63,122 nucleotides of DNA, filler included, from Bigelowiella natans CCMP2755 (GCA_000320545.1; 8 parts of 8 records of this genome joined end to end with filler, not necessarily neighbours in it), one strand, 5' to 3'. Shown: positions 49,360 to 62,869, numbered from the whole stretch's first letter. Numbers and translations are program-made. Notes: generated by a model from the sequence alone, not told the origin.

Positions 49360-49709
49360 TAGCAGCGACAACGCTCCTCGTTGTCTTCAGGTGGTAGGGG
49401 TAGCGAGGATTCGTCTTGGGGAGGAGAAGACGTAAACGACTCGTGTTGACGATTTTAATCTCGGAGAATCTCCGGAGCTCCTAATTGATCAAAGCCATTT
49501 TACTCTTACGACAACATGATTTCCCCTTAGAAAAGCAAAAAAGATAGGACTTGAGTTTTTGTCCTTTCGCCTGGCATTTATGTGAAACCTATGGGGTTTT
49601 GTTCCTGCGACTGGAGAGTAAACGCGGGAAGTGGTTCCTCTTTTATAAAGCAGTTGCAGAGGAGATCCGCTGGGGGTGGCAAGTAGCATTCGGACTTCAT
49701 TAATCCATC

Positions 49710-51631
49710 ATGGAAGGAAAGGAGATAACATCGGCACCAGACATGCTCACAAAGCAACTTTCTCTTCCTCAAGACCCCAGCTTTGCAGACGGGTACCGGG
49801 TCGTTTATGATCGTAAGGTATGGTTCGCATACCTCCACTCACATGAACACAAGGAGTCTTTTTCTATCATCCCGCTATGATTCTGGTGTAAGATAAATCC
49901 CTTGAAATTGGTACAAGACTGCGTGTTTTATTGTATATTCAACAGGTCGGAATCGAAGTCCGGGCAGGTGCTGAACCCAAACAGGGGGTTGGGGATATGA
50001 AAACCTTCAAGATTAGGATACTGCTCCTCGGAAGCAATGAGAATCCCGACTCAATTCGGATGGAGGTATGAGCTCCCGCAAAAGACCATACGTGGCTATG
50101 TTGGTGATATTAGTAAAATCTTTGGTAAACTCTCATACCCTCGATCGACATTGTGGCACCATTATGTTCCCTTGCAGCTTTCTACGGAGGATGATTTGTT
50201 CTTCAACTATTTCCACACGCTGGACGGGAGCGGATTCGATCACATGAAAAACAGACAGAAACTTATGATACAGTTCCAGGTCACTTGAATTGTCAGCATC
50301 GTTGTGTTTGTGAGTGCTTGTGGTCAAAGTCCTAAATGTTATTTTCATTTACACGAAAACAGAGTTATCCAATGGTTCTCATGAGCACCCTAAATAAATG
50401 CATCAAGCAACCTCACACATACATGTGTGTCCTGTACATAAGTGAAAACGGAACTGGTAATTAAGTTAAATTTAGGGGGGAACAACAATATTCCTCTTTT
50501 TTCGACTCACAAAAAAAAGTACTTTCACAGCAGATAGAGACGAGATGTATGTGATGTCGAATTCTTCCTTCTCAAGATAGCATTCAAAGAACAATATCCT
50601 AGTAATGCGGTGATGGGCTTTCCTGAACAAGCTTGGGTTTTTCTCCATTTGCTGGTCACACTTGAATACAGGGCGCCTGGATTTCATACAGAACATGGAG
50701 TATAAATTTGTGGACTTACTATCGGTACATATTTCTGAGGTTTCGGACTATCACCAATTGATAGGAAACGCATAACATGAAAAACTTTCACAATCAATTT
50801 TGCATCGAAAGGAGGCCAAATCCAACGAGTGGGCGTAAACACGAGTGGGCGTAAACGAAAATATATAGATTGGGGGGAGAGAAGGAGAGAGGGAGGGGGG
50901 GAGACGGGGCCAGATGTCGTAACTCGAAGAAAGAACGGATAGCGCTAATGTTCGGCCACGTAGGTTCGATTCACGAAATCAACCGAGGAATTTATTCGCC
51001 AGCAAGTGTCGTACCGGTGTGAAGCGAGATTCTAATATTACTTTACGCTAAGAATAACATCTCTAAATTTAATGAAAGCGCGAATATCCAAACACATTTG
51101 ACGCTTTCTGCGGCAAACATATCGGTGTTAATTTTTCTGCCGAAAACTTCGTAAAATTAATTTGGGGAATTTCTCACAAAGAAGAACATGATTGTCTTCG
51201 GAGTCCTCCTGTGAAATTGAAGGTCCAACTTCTGGAATCTCTTTCCAAACCGTCCGAAGGAGCTTTACCTTTGTATTTTTTCCTGTTGTGACTAGGATAA
51301 ATGGCCTTTGCACACACCTCCAGATCTCTTGGAACTAATCTCTCCTTGCATCTTTTACACTTAAAACACAGGTACAAGATGATGAAGAAGCAAGTCAGCA
51401 TGCTCCAACACAAACTCGAGGAAGTAAATAAGATGATCAAGCTCAGGAACCCTTCGCTCCTCCTTCAAGTAATAAATAAGATACTGCCCATCACGCAACT
51501 ATCATATGCTGTTTTTTTTTGTGAGTATTGTTACTTCTTCTATGGCCTGACTGCTATGATGCCTTGCGATGGTACGTTAGGTTGGGAAAATTCTCCCCAA
51601 ACCTATCATTAACGACTGGGAGTCTAGATGA
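49710..51631 (+). CDS. SAS6L: SAS-6-like protein (SAS6L family)
   Basis: DPSFADGYRVVYDRK|VGIEVR...KIRILLLG...SIRME|LSTEDDLFFNYFHTL...QKLMIQFQ|...LNKCIKQPH...G|RLDFIQNMEYKFVDLLS|...|RYKMMK...IKLRNPSLLLQ. Confidence 0.88.
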
Positions 51632-52335
51632 AAGGAGGAAAATAAATATTGAAATTACTACGGCGGGATACCCTCTCTTACATTCTTTTCGCAGTATGAA
51701 ATCGCCAATCTGAGTGTGGATGCGTCAGTGGAGTAACGTCCACCGATGTGGTGTGCGTGCGACTGATCTGTGAGTGACTGAGCGGGGACACAAGCATAAT
51801 AGAAAACATAGTGAAGTAGTCGTAGTATTGCGCAATGTATTTGTAAATGAAGGATTTTTTCCCGTGGATAAATTAATTTTGGATGCCATGCTTATGCCAG
51901 CACAACGTGAAAACTGCGAATAATGGCTTGAAGGAGTTGTCCATTTTACATTTTCGATCGCATAAGCTCGACACACTGGTCACGTAGCATATAAATATGC
52001 CGGTAGCTGCGCGCAGCCCCTAGCAAGCAGGGTCCCATATGCATTGCAGTTCGTGCTGAACAGGTGAAGGCCCTGCCCAGATGCGATTCAACTCGCCTGG
52101 CGCATGCGCTGCGTGCTATCTAGCTATTTACGGTACATGTGCGTCGTATATGTAAGCTAGGATATAAGGAACAAGCTAGACAAGGGGCTAATCTCGACGC
52201 GAGGCCAAGCTAGCAAGTCCCTTCACAATTTAACTCAAACGTCATCAGTGTACGCGTCAGGCTAGTCGTAAAATAGATGCGCGACAAAGCCACGCCTCTA
52301 TGATCGAAATGTGCTTGCACCGGCTATGATGCTAG

Positions 52336-53256
52336 TCATGATTTCTCTCGCAAAATTAACCAGTGGCCGATCCGAAGTCCGATTGCCATTGCCCACAGAA
52401 CACCGAACATGGCCCCTACGTTGACATTCGAACTTAAGCCCTGGACATTGTCCAGGACCTCATCCCCGTCCCTTCCGAAGCACGAGGCGATGCAGTCGTC
52501 GAAACCGGAAAAGGCTTGCCCCGAGAAGGCCAGTTTGCTTAAACCTCTCGTAGCATAGGCGTGCGGGGAAATATATTCGATCCAGCGGAAGACCCACGGA
52601 ATGGAGCTTGGAGTCACAAACAAGCCATTGAATACGAAGAAGTTCGACAAGGTCGACACAGTTACGCCGAGTGCAATGATAAAGTTCGGAATGAGAGCTG
52701 AGAATATGACGCACAGCGACTCTATGGTGAAGAGGAAGGAAAACTGCAGAAGCCAGAAAGCGAGAAAAACACTCGGGTCTGGATTGATGTTATCGATCCT
52801 GACGCATTAAACATGTACACAGCGTGAGGCATATTCAGTCTCCTCGTTTCTCTCAGCACAATGCACACATTTTCTATGTGTGTATTACCAGTAGTACGGG
52901 ATGACGCTTAGCGTTGAAGTCATAAATACAAATATAACTTGAACACACGACGTCGCGATGACGTAAGATATAGGAGAATACATCCCGTTCTTGACCTCTT
53001 TCCCAAAAATAGCTCTTTCGAATGTAAACACAGGCAGGATCATCGATGCCATGTAGCTTGGTGTTGCCATACCCCACGCAATGGTAAATAAGATGTCTAA
53101 AACGTGCTCCTGAGTCTTCGACCGAGACCCGACGTAGATAATTCCTTTCATCATAATCGTCGTCATACTCATCAGAAGCGAAAGAATAAAAATGTGCTCA
53201 ATCAGATGATTATTATTTTGATATGTTACATTACAACTAACTTCTTGTCTTGTGCT

Positions 53257-53290
<34 letters not shown>

Positions 53291-53990
53291 CGTTTGTTTG
53301 TTTGTGTGTTTGTGTGTCTAAGCTGCGCAGGGCACGAACCGAAGATTGTCGACATTGCCGTGTACAAGACTGCGCGGCCAAGATAAGCCCCCGGATCCCT
53401 CATATACGACATCGTCATGCGCCTACATAGAATAAGGACCTGCCAGATACAGCTGGCAGCATGTGTCGGCGAAGAGAGGGAAGTAGTTGAGAGGGGAATC
53501 TTCCTATTTCGCTCTTTAAGCTCCCCAGGCTCAGTGTCACGACGATTCCCTACTCTGCTCATTTTTAGGTCGCCATTCCTCTCACTCAATGAGGAACTGC
53601 CTCCCTTTTTGCCATTTAGAACCGCAGATGCTTGCCCCCTCTTCTTCCACTCTTTCTCCCATACATCTATTATTTTATCCACTTGCTGCGAGGTCGTAAA
53701 GTCCGGGTTGGATATTTCTATTAGATAATCTGCGGGGTTCATATTGGGTGGGGACTTGAACCCTTGGCTCTCGAAGTAGGATAATGCATCCTTTGCCGGT
53801 CCGAAATAAGCTACTTTCCCTTGGGAAAGCAGTAGTGTGAGATCAAACGCTAAGAATGTACGCGTGGAGGGTTGATGGATGGAGCACACGATAACTATGT
53901 TAAGACTCTTCGCCAAACTGGTAAGAAGCTGCATCACTTCCGCAGCGCTCTTTGAGTCTAGTCCCGAAGTAGGTTCATCAAGGAACATAA
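52336..53990 (-). CDS. ABCG (White/PDR-type) transporter, C-terminal part
   Basis: Walker B MFLDEPTSGLDS, H-loop SIHQPS, NPADY; TMD exons ERAIFGKEVKNGMYSPISY and FNGLFVTPSSIPWVFRWIEYISPHAYA. Confidence 0.93.
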
Positions 53991-54156
53991 GCTAGGAGAT
54001 TTGATGGAAAAGAATGAGGACGGTGAGAATGAATTGGAGAGAAATTAGTCTAAAGGTAACTATGCATTTGCACATCCTAGCTAACGTAGGTTATGAAGGG
54101 CTTGATGACTCTCTCTCTCTTTCTCTCTCTCCCTCCCTCCCTCTCTCTCTCTCTCC

Positions 54157-54256
54157 NNNNNNNNNNNNNNNNNNNNNNNNNNNNNNNNNNNNNNNNNNNN
54201 TTAATTAATTAANNNNNNNNNNNNNNNNNNNNNNNNNNNNNNNNNNNNNNNNNNNN
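54157..54256. other. Artificial contig spacer
   Basis: 44 N + TTAATTAATTAA + 44 N. Confidence 0.97.
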
Positions 54257-54838
54257 AATCAGCGTTATCAGGAGTAAAATGAAGATGGTGATGATTCCAA
54301 CGATAGTGCGACCCAGAAGATGGTGAAGGTAGCTTGTAATAACCTAATTTTGTTTCAGGTCCGCATGCAGACGAACAACAAATACACGGGCGTGTTACAG
54401 TGTGCTAGAGACATGGCATCTAAAGAGGTACGTGACGATAGCAAGAACATCTCGCAACACACACATAATTGATCCCAGTGTGTGTGTGTGCTCGCGCGCG
54501 CGCGCGCGCATAAGCATTTATCTTCACAGACCATGTTTTTCTCTCTACAACTGATCTCCCCCAAATGCGCTGATGATGGACAATTCTCAGGATTCATACA
54601 CAAACACACACACACACACACACACGCGCGCGCGCGCACACAGAGCTCATACTCCGATTTGTCAATTCTCAGTTCCATATGCATGTGTTGCGTGAGTCTC
54701 TTTGTGTTTGCGTCTATATGTGCGTGTAAGGAGAACCTTACACACGGTTTGATTCCACCAGTCCCTGAAGCGATGAGGAATAGCCCAACGAGCAGCCCTG
54801 TAGATATCACATATAAACACACACACGCACACAAAACC

Positions 54839-54884
<46 letters not shown>

Positions 54885-55023
54885 AATATTTCTAATGCGT
54901 GTTTGCGCTCTCTCAACTTCTTCCACGCTGCTGCTACGATAGCGGCAACTGATAGCTCCGACTGACGTAAAGTACTTAATACATTTGTTTGCCTCTTTTC
55001 TGTACTACTCGATTCTACTACTT

Positions 55024-55054
<31 letters not shown>

Positions 55055-55099
55055 CTGGAAGTTGGAGTGATTGCGGTACCTGACAGATGCACAAACACA

Positions 55100-55153
<54 letters not shown>

Positions 55154-55179
55154 AGAGAGGGAGCTTTAAATATCGCCAA

Positions 55180-55227
<48 letters not shown>

Positions 55228-55487
55228 CTGTGCCAACATCATTTTCGGGCAATAATTTACCATCGTTGAGCTAGTATATGCCAACACGACCGAGCCGAAC
55301 GCGTAGATCTAACCAGATAAATCAAAACCAACAACGGAATCATCATCCATAATTCAAAACGCGCGTGTTCGTCATAAATCCATTAAGAGAATCTCCACGC
55401 TCCGAAATACAGGTGCTTCACATATCGACGTATAGTTCTTCCTGACCATTGAAAGGTAGAGAATGGTACGGTACTTCCCTAGATAAC

Positions 55488-55558
<71 letters not shown>

Positions 55559-56600
55559 ATGATCCTGTTACGTTGTAACAGTTACAGCGCTACTGAGAAT
55601 GCGATAAACAAACACGAATTCACACCATCACTTTTCTTTCCATATAACCCCACCCCAGCCAACTCTCTATTGGCTTTTTTCTACCATCGGAGAGAGCGCC
55701 TCCTACGAGAGGGGTCAGGTACGCGGCAGCAATAAAGCCGTGGTTAATCTGGGAGAAAATGGGGGCAATTCTCATATTCGCAGAAGAAGCCATCGCTTGC
55801 GGGCAAGAGAGCGACGATATCTTGCCTAGCACAGGTACTGCTCTCCACTCTCCGAGGATGCTATTATCATTTCTCACCATGATCGCCGACGACTCTGAGA
55901 GCCCAACGGTCGCTTCACACGTCATGTACAGAATCAACACCTGTGTTTTCCAGACAAAACAGATCGTGAAGAAGAGGATGCACGTGGTCTGCGCCTCAGC
56001 GAAACGTGCAACGCCGCGACTGAAAGTAATGGCTTTCCGAAACGGGAAAATCCATCGCAACATTGCAATGAGCTACCGCTCGCATGCCGTAGTAGCAGAA
56101 CCGCTCGCAGAATTCATTTCCGACGATATACTTTACGGAGGCTGGGAAGCCGGGGCCGCATCGGCTACTTCCCTCCTTCTCGCTCAGGACGGCCTAAGAT
56201 GTCGTTATCGCGTTGCTTATATCTCCGCACAGTCTATTATTTGCTTACGGCTTCGTTTGGAATTGTAGCGTCGGTGTTGTGTTGTGTTGTGTTATGTTGA
56301 TTCGGGTCGTTTGGTAGGGAGGAGGAGGAGGAGGAGGAGGAGGAGAGAAGAAGAGAACCCTTCTACCTCGCCGTCGCTCTTAGCCCAGTCGTGGTCCTTT
56401 GCAAGAAGCTGGTCTTGGCTCTGTCGCACCTAGAAGCAACCGCATGTTGTGTGGACGATATCACGCCAAGATCGAGGCAAGTGGCATCGAAAATACTCTC
56501 GCGCTCGCGCGAGTGTGCGTGTGTTTTCGCTCATATTCGAGCCAGTTAGAGCTCACCTCCTCTGGGTCGTCCGGCCTTCCAGCGTGGACTCGCTTCATCT
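54257..56600 (-). CDS. POT/PTR (SLC15) proton-dependent oligopeptide transporter, N-terminal part
   Basis: IVGNEFCERFCYYGMRA (ExxERFxYY), AYLTPLVGGALSDG|YLGKYRTILYLS, GLFLIASGTGGIKPC, SAFGGDQ. Confidence 0.92.
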
Positions 56601-57167
56601 CTAGGCCCTTCGAGTCTATTTGCTCACTCTCTTCCACCAGCTCAAACTGAAGAAGGAAAACAACAAATGAGGTATTTTTTATGGTTTTGGCAAAGGAAGA
56701 GGAATACCTCCACTGTTGCTACGGATTTCGGACCAGTGACAATAAAGTGTCAGGTCTCGATGCTCTCTTTGTTCTATACTGTAGCGAGATCTCGGAGGAA
56801 CAGATCAATATCGCGGCGTGGTTGTGCCGGAGGGGGAGAGGGGACGAAATTGGTTCGTACACTAATTTTTTTGAACTGGGTCTGAAACAATTACAAAATT
56901 TTGAAAATAAATGTGGCTTTAAAAATCGATGCGACAATACTTTTTCCATGTCGCTTTCTGGAAATCTAATTCCTTTTTACTTTCAGAAAGAAAGTTCTCT
57001 GAATTTGTCTCTGCGACAACGATATTTCTTGTCGCGATATATAAATTAGCTCGTCCGCTCTCCCCGACGCTTCCGGTCGGGACGCCGTCCTCCAGGAGGC
57101 AGGAGGCGGACTCAAAGCATCGATTCGAAGTTGGGGATATCGCCCCCACGCCCAATTTCGACCGTTG

Positions 57168-57800
57168 ATGTCTGCGATCGACTTCCAAGCGTTGTGGGAG
57201 CGAGAGAAGGCGCTTGCGAAGGAAAGAAGGTACGATTTGAAAGGCACACGATGCTGCTCGCTGAGCTCATTCCGCATGTGTTCGCAGAAAAAAGCGAAGC
57301 CAGAAAAGGGGAAAGAATGGAAGGACAAAGCACGGGGGAGGAGAGGGTCAGTTGAAGGGGAGGGATGGAGATCCGACGAAAAATAGCTTGAGCGGCGTGA
57401 AGAAACAGGCCAACGAAGAAGGCAAAAAATCTGTGTTGAATGAGCGAACTACAGAATCGCAGTCACCGAAGAATTCATCCCATTCGAATACAAAGGAACT
57501 GCTTGATCATCTAAGGTAGATCGATTTTACATGCTGCCCTTGCACCTTACAGCAGCATGCACAAAGAATAAGGCTCAGGCTTTCTTACCCTACATCATCA
57601 GGGTCTCCTGTGTGGTGTGTGCATCCGTGCATGGTGAGCGCCATAAGTGCTCAGTCCTTCCATATTGTTGGTTTACTCAGGAAGACATTTGCCTCATCCA
57701 TTTCCTCCTCTTCCTTTCCGACGACACGCGCTCTCTGTGAAGGCGGAAAGGGGTGGGAGAAGCACTGCGTCAGTGAATTCGGAGTTTGGTCAGTGTACAT
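57168..57800 (+). CDS. N-terminal exons of an unknown protein (weak resemblance to ALKBH6-type N-termini)
   Basis: MSAIDFQALWEREKALAKERR|KKRSQKRGK...KELLDHLR with canonical splice sites. Cut by the gap; the family call is a guess. Confidence 0.4.
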
Positions 57801-58014
57801 TGTATACTTTGTTTCGTAGTTATGAATGCATGCGGTTCGATTCAATGGCGATAAGAGGTTGCAGGGGTGGGAGGATGTTTTATTAGAGCCCTCACGCACA
57901 GAGAATGAAGCCCTTGTCGACAGTCAGGGCCAGCGATGATATACAAATGAACAACGCCCCCGCACACTCTCTGCTACGCTTGCTTGTGTGATTAGAGTCG
58001 TGTGGTTTTGTGTT

Positions 58015-58114
58015 NNNNNNNNNNNNNNNNNNNNNNNNNNNNNNNNNNNNNNNNNNNNTTAATTAATTAANNNNNNNNNNNNNNNNNNNNNNNNNNNNNN
58101 NNNNNNNNNNNNNN
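58015..58114. other. Artificial contig spacer
   Basis: 44 N + TTAATTAATTAA + 44 N. Confidence 0.97.
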
Positions 58115-58141
58115 CCGCAGCATCTCTACACCGACCTGCAG

Positions 58142-58794
58142 ATGATCCTACACCTCACTCCCGAATTTCCTCTCACTGACCCTCCGCTCCCTCACACCGC
58201 TGCTTCCCTGCATGCGGCCGTTGAACTTATCCTCTCTGGGCGCCTCCCCACCCCCATCCAGCAGAAGCTCCTCAACTTTCTACTCTCGGCGACAGGGGAG
58301 GAGGAGGAGGAGGAGGAGGAGGAGGAGGAGGAGGAAGGGGGAGACGGGCATGTGACTGGGGCGGGTACTGAGTCAAATCACAGCCCCTCGAATGAGGCAA
58401 ATGATCACACACCAACTATAACTGCCGCTATCAGCGATGAGAAGCTCAAGCATGGTGGTGACAGCAGCAGCAGCAGCAGCAGCAGTATGGGCAGGGGGGG
58501 AGGGGGAGAGACCGTCGAAGAGCCTAATGTACATGATAAGAGCGTCGGATTAGTTGGTAATGTTAGTGGAGAAGTAACCAAACAAGGAAGGGCCAATAAT
58601 CATCTCGATAGACACGATCATAACCCCAACCATGTCAAGAAGCCTAACGGAGGAAAAGGGAACATCTGCGAAAGCAGCATGGAGAAGAAGAGTAACCGTA
58701 CCATGCCAAGTAGCATAGTAGGAATGCCTAACCGCACCAGTGAAAAGGAGGAGGAGGAGATTTTTGGGAGGACAAATAATAGGGCCAACGGCAT

Positions 58795-58827
<33 letters not shown>

Positions 58828-59404
58828 TGAGTTTCGCCATAACGATGATAACGACAACAGAAGCCAGAAGAGTAATGCCCCTGGAATCATTGACACCAAA
58901 GAGGGTGAGAGGGGGGGGGGTGCCAAGAAGATTAGAAACGGCAGCACCAACAGCATGAGAGGCAGCATTGAAAATTCAAAGAACCCAGGCCGTCGTCGCC
59001 GTCGCTACACCGCCATTGCAGTCGGTGGGGGGGGTGGAGCAAGGGCCCCATTACGGAGGAATTCTGTTCAAAGCGCGTCCACTACACAGCTTCATCGACT
59101 ATCGACAGACATCGACCCTCTAGAGGCCTTTACACGCCTGGCAAGAATGCGCAGAAAGAGTCAGGTTCAGCAAAGGAGCAAGATGCCCAAGAACTACGCA
59201 TCTGCCACCACCAGCACCAGCAGTGATAGTAACAGTAGCACCGTAGACAGCAGCTTTCGTAATAGGCGTGAGTCTCGTTCCTCTGAGCGGAGCAAGAGTA
59301 GCACGCGGCCTCCGCCATTAACCGTGGCCATCGACGGTGGCGATGGTGGTAGAGAAAATGGCAGCACAGCCAGCAGCCCTACTCAATCTAGTCAATCACC
59401 GTAA
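58142..59404 (+). CDS. Large exon of an unknown protein: short helical segment plus long S/E/N-rich disordered region
   Basis: 420-codon open frame. It ends at CC|GTAAG, which is either a splice donor or a TAA stop. Confidence 0.6.
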
Positions 59405-59429
59405 GTGTGGTTCCTGCTGGGTTGTAGCC

Positions 59430-59617
59430 TCCATCCTTAACAACCGCATTGCAACCATGTTGAACGTGGCAGGAACAAACTGACATCCACACGCGCCACA
59501 TTTGGATCACTTTGCATGCATGGTGTTTGCTGTGGCACAAACACAAATCACACGTGCTCACATGCACTGCATCATCTAGTCATGGATGGCATTGCTAATG
59601 CCAATGTGCATGTCTAG

Positions 59618-59653
<36 letters not shown>

Positions 59654-60335
59654 AATGTGATTCAGTGCATCGAAGTTGTTGTTGCAGATGATGCAATCAG
59701 ATCGCCACAAACGCTGGAACATGCATGCATGCCTCTGCAACAAAAACTGCATGCCACAAGCTTGTCAGACGGCCAAGACACGCGGGTGCGACACGCATGC
59801 ACGCGTGTGTGGTGTCAGCCGCCACCCAGCTCAAGTGGCGGAGTTTTGCAATTGTGATTTCGTGACGATGCTGGGATGGCGGCCGATCGATGTGCCCCAC
59901 TTTGGCTGTTGGTGCCTGCTGGCCTGTCGCGTGAGGGTGCACTTCAAGCGCGTGAGCGTGCACTTGAAGCTTGACGTTGCGCTGAGTGCAGTGTCAAGGC
60001 CATTCGGTGGATTGGTGAGTGAAGCTGTTTTCCAGTGGTCCAGGCTAGCCAGCTAGCTGCGCGAAGAGCAGCACAAGAAGAAGAAGAAGCAAGAAGAAGA
60101 AGAAGTGTTGAAGAATTTGATGAAAAGCTCGGAGGGACACAGAACAAAAAAGGAATGAATGAATGAATGAATGAAATGATTCCAATTGTGCAGCAGAGTG
60201 GATCACAGGATCACACTGACTTGCCCTCCTCGACCAGCAAGATCACCGATCAAGGAAAGTCGAAACATTGTTTTCACATCTTGTCGACCGATTTGCCGAT
60301 TTTGCTGCCAATTCAGCCGAGAAAATTAGCAGTGA
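59430..60335. other. TpA-depleted decayed tract, probable hypermutated repeat or element relic
   Basis: Only 7 TpA in about 900 bp, all YTAR. His/Cys-rich, Tyr-free short ORFs. 21-bp tandem duplication at about 59928-59969. Confidence 0.6.
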
Positions 60336-61146
60336 ACTATTTCGCCTTCTTCAGAATTCACAGTCAATCTTAGTACAGAGACATGCCTTAGCATTGATTT
60401 CGTGATCAAAACCGCCTCGCGACTTCTCCAATTAAAGAGTTGAAAAACCAAGAGAAAAAAAGAAAGAATAACGGTAAAACATTTGGGAATCTCAGTGAAA
60501 TTTTCAGCTGCGACATTTGAGAAGAGATTGTCGCAGAGGATATTATCGCCTGGATAATATACCTGAGATCTCCCGGAGATTTTGTGCAACTGGCCATTTC
60601 GCCTAAGAAAAAATCATTCTGTCCCACCCCTCACCTCAAACGGCCCAGAATGGTACACCCCCCCCCTAAAAATTAGTGCATGATTTGGGAGATGAATTGA
60701 GGGAGGGGCTAATAGTTTGGCTTTATTCGTTATCAATCAAACGCTGGTTTAGAATTTGGATTGCGATTCCTACGCTCTCCCCTCGCCTGAGTCGCCTAAC
60801 GTCTACGTCTACGTCGACGTGGCGTTAACATGTAAACCAGCGGTGCGGTTAAACTACTGCCTGTGATCGGTTTCGGATGTAAATATCGGCGAAGCCACTG
60901 GAAGTCCATTACTTGTACTTTCAGAGGGGGGAGATTTCGCGAAAGATTATATGCACTGCAGAGTTCATAAAATAGCTTAGCTAAGAAACACCAATTTTCC
61001 TTACGGAAGAGGGAAGAGGCTGATGGGGAGAATTGAGGCTAAATCTTTTGAAATTTTTTGACGCTGAGCACATAGCTTACTATAAATATGTACACAACAA
61101 AGTGGTCGACCGGGGTTATACAGTCGCTGATACGATAATTTGCCGA

Positions 61147-62041
61147 TTAGATTACTGCTCTTCGGGCGGCGCTAGTCCTTCCTCTCGTAGTAGCTGCGAT
61201 CTCATCTTCACAGCGCGTGAATGTCCACACCGCTACACGGTCTGGAACAAAATGGTCCTCTCCGATTGTACAACAGGTATCTTTGATTACTATCTTTAAA
61301 TAAATGCATAAAAGTGTCGGGGGATGCCTCATGTAGGCGTGGTGGAATAATAACTGCGAACAAATATCCCAAGAGGCCATGCCTGTATCATCCCCATCAT
61401 TATTGCCTATCATCGTCTCAAGCTCCATGATTATCTTCTTGGTTCGGTGCTTTCAGCATGGGCAAAACATGCGTCGGAATCTCCGTCGGTCCCTCTCAAA
61501 AGCTCTCGCTACTACCAAAAGTAAGAAGTGTAGAAGCAGTACTACAGTCATAAGCAGCAAAAGCTGCGCGTCGCTTTTATTTCCTGAGTTTACCTCTTCC
61601 TCTCTCACCCCTCCTCGCCCTTTAATCGCTCCCTTTCTCTCCCATTCCTTGCTAAGAAGCATACAGTTGATTTTGATGTTGCCTGCACACAGACAAGCAG
61701 CCTGGTAGCTGGCAGATCTCTGATCGTAGTAGTACAAGTAGCAGTAGCAATTCCCGACTTGTTAAGAGCTCAAGCGCCATTGCCACGCCGCCCACCAACG
61801 CTGCCGTGCAGGGAGCAAACCTGAAGTAATATGGGGAAGGGGGGCAGGGAACATATCAGCATGGCGTTGAGCAATCGAGCGGCAAAACAACGGAGGGCAA
61901 AGATGAGAGAAAGAGTAAAGCGAAGGAGGAGAGAGCTTTAGGGCGTGAAAGAAACAGAGAGGGGGGGGGGGGGGGAGTGAGGGGGGAAGGTGCTAGGAAT
62001 AATTTTGAATATAATATTGTCTTGATTTATCCAACGTGGCC

Positions 62042-62095
<54 letters not shown>

Positions 62096-62832
62096 TTGTC
62101 CTTGTATATTGATAGGGTGTTCGGCTATGATGTCACGAAGTTTGGTGTATACTTTATGGCCCACGGTACTACTCGCACATGTGCTCGCATACACCTCACA
62201 GCAGACGTGTGCACACATAAAAAAAGATGCCTTGAATGGACTGCACTGCAGCTGATATAATGATAATATGAGAAGAAACTAACAATTCAACATGCTCTTT
62301 CCCTCCCCCTCCCCAACTTTTAACAGCTCTGGTGTACGGGATTCTTTGGTATCTCTCTCTGATTAAATGGGCTGTTCTCTCCTTCATTGATAAAGGTGTG
62401 CTTGGGGTGATCAACATTGGTATATACCTGCAGCAGAACCCCCCCCCCCCTTCACTCTGGTCGCTCCCTTCTGAAGTTGATGCTTCTTGTTGGGATATAT
62501 CAACGATAAGGCCGCGTCGTATTTTCCCCCATCCTTAATTCCAAAAGGAATCTCCACAACACCACGCAGTAGAGGGCTATTTTTTGAACGGTTCTTTGTT
62601 GTTGTTGTTGTTGTGGTTGTTGTCATCGTCGTCATCGTGGTGCATAGATCACCATAATATGGACCGTTCATCTCTCCTATGGGCGACACGCACACTCAAG
62701 GTAGGTAGTAGGAGGAGAAGGAGGCATTTATCTCTTCCTCTTTTTGCCTTTTGGCGAAATTGACAGTATTCTTGATGGAAACACGTGAGGATAACATTGA
62801 GTATCACTAGACGTACATCACGCACATTAGAA

Positions 62833-62869
<37 letters not shown>

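Noticed and set aside
50825-50856. 16-bp direct repeat x2 (also 21-bp x2 at 35873-35914)
   Set aside because: Two abutting copies without spacers. Simple local duplications, not CRISPR.
50940-50985. GGTTCGATTC resembling a tRNA T-loop/B-box
   Set aside because: No pairing T-stem, acceptor stem or A-box could be built.
53990-54400. ABCG and PTR transporters as a cluster or fusion
   Set aside because: Separated by an artificial spacer with both genes truncated, so adjacency is unsupported.
59430-60335. Classical RIP or CpG-methylation decay as the cause of the TG/CA richness
   Set aside because: CpG is retained and TpA is lost, the reverse of C-to-T processes.
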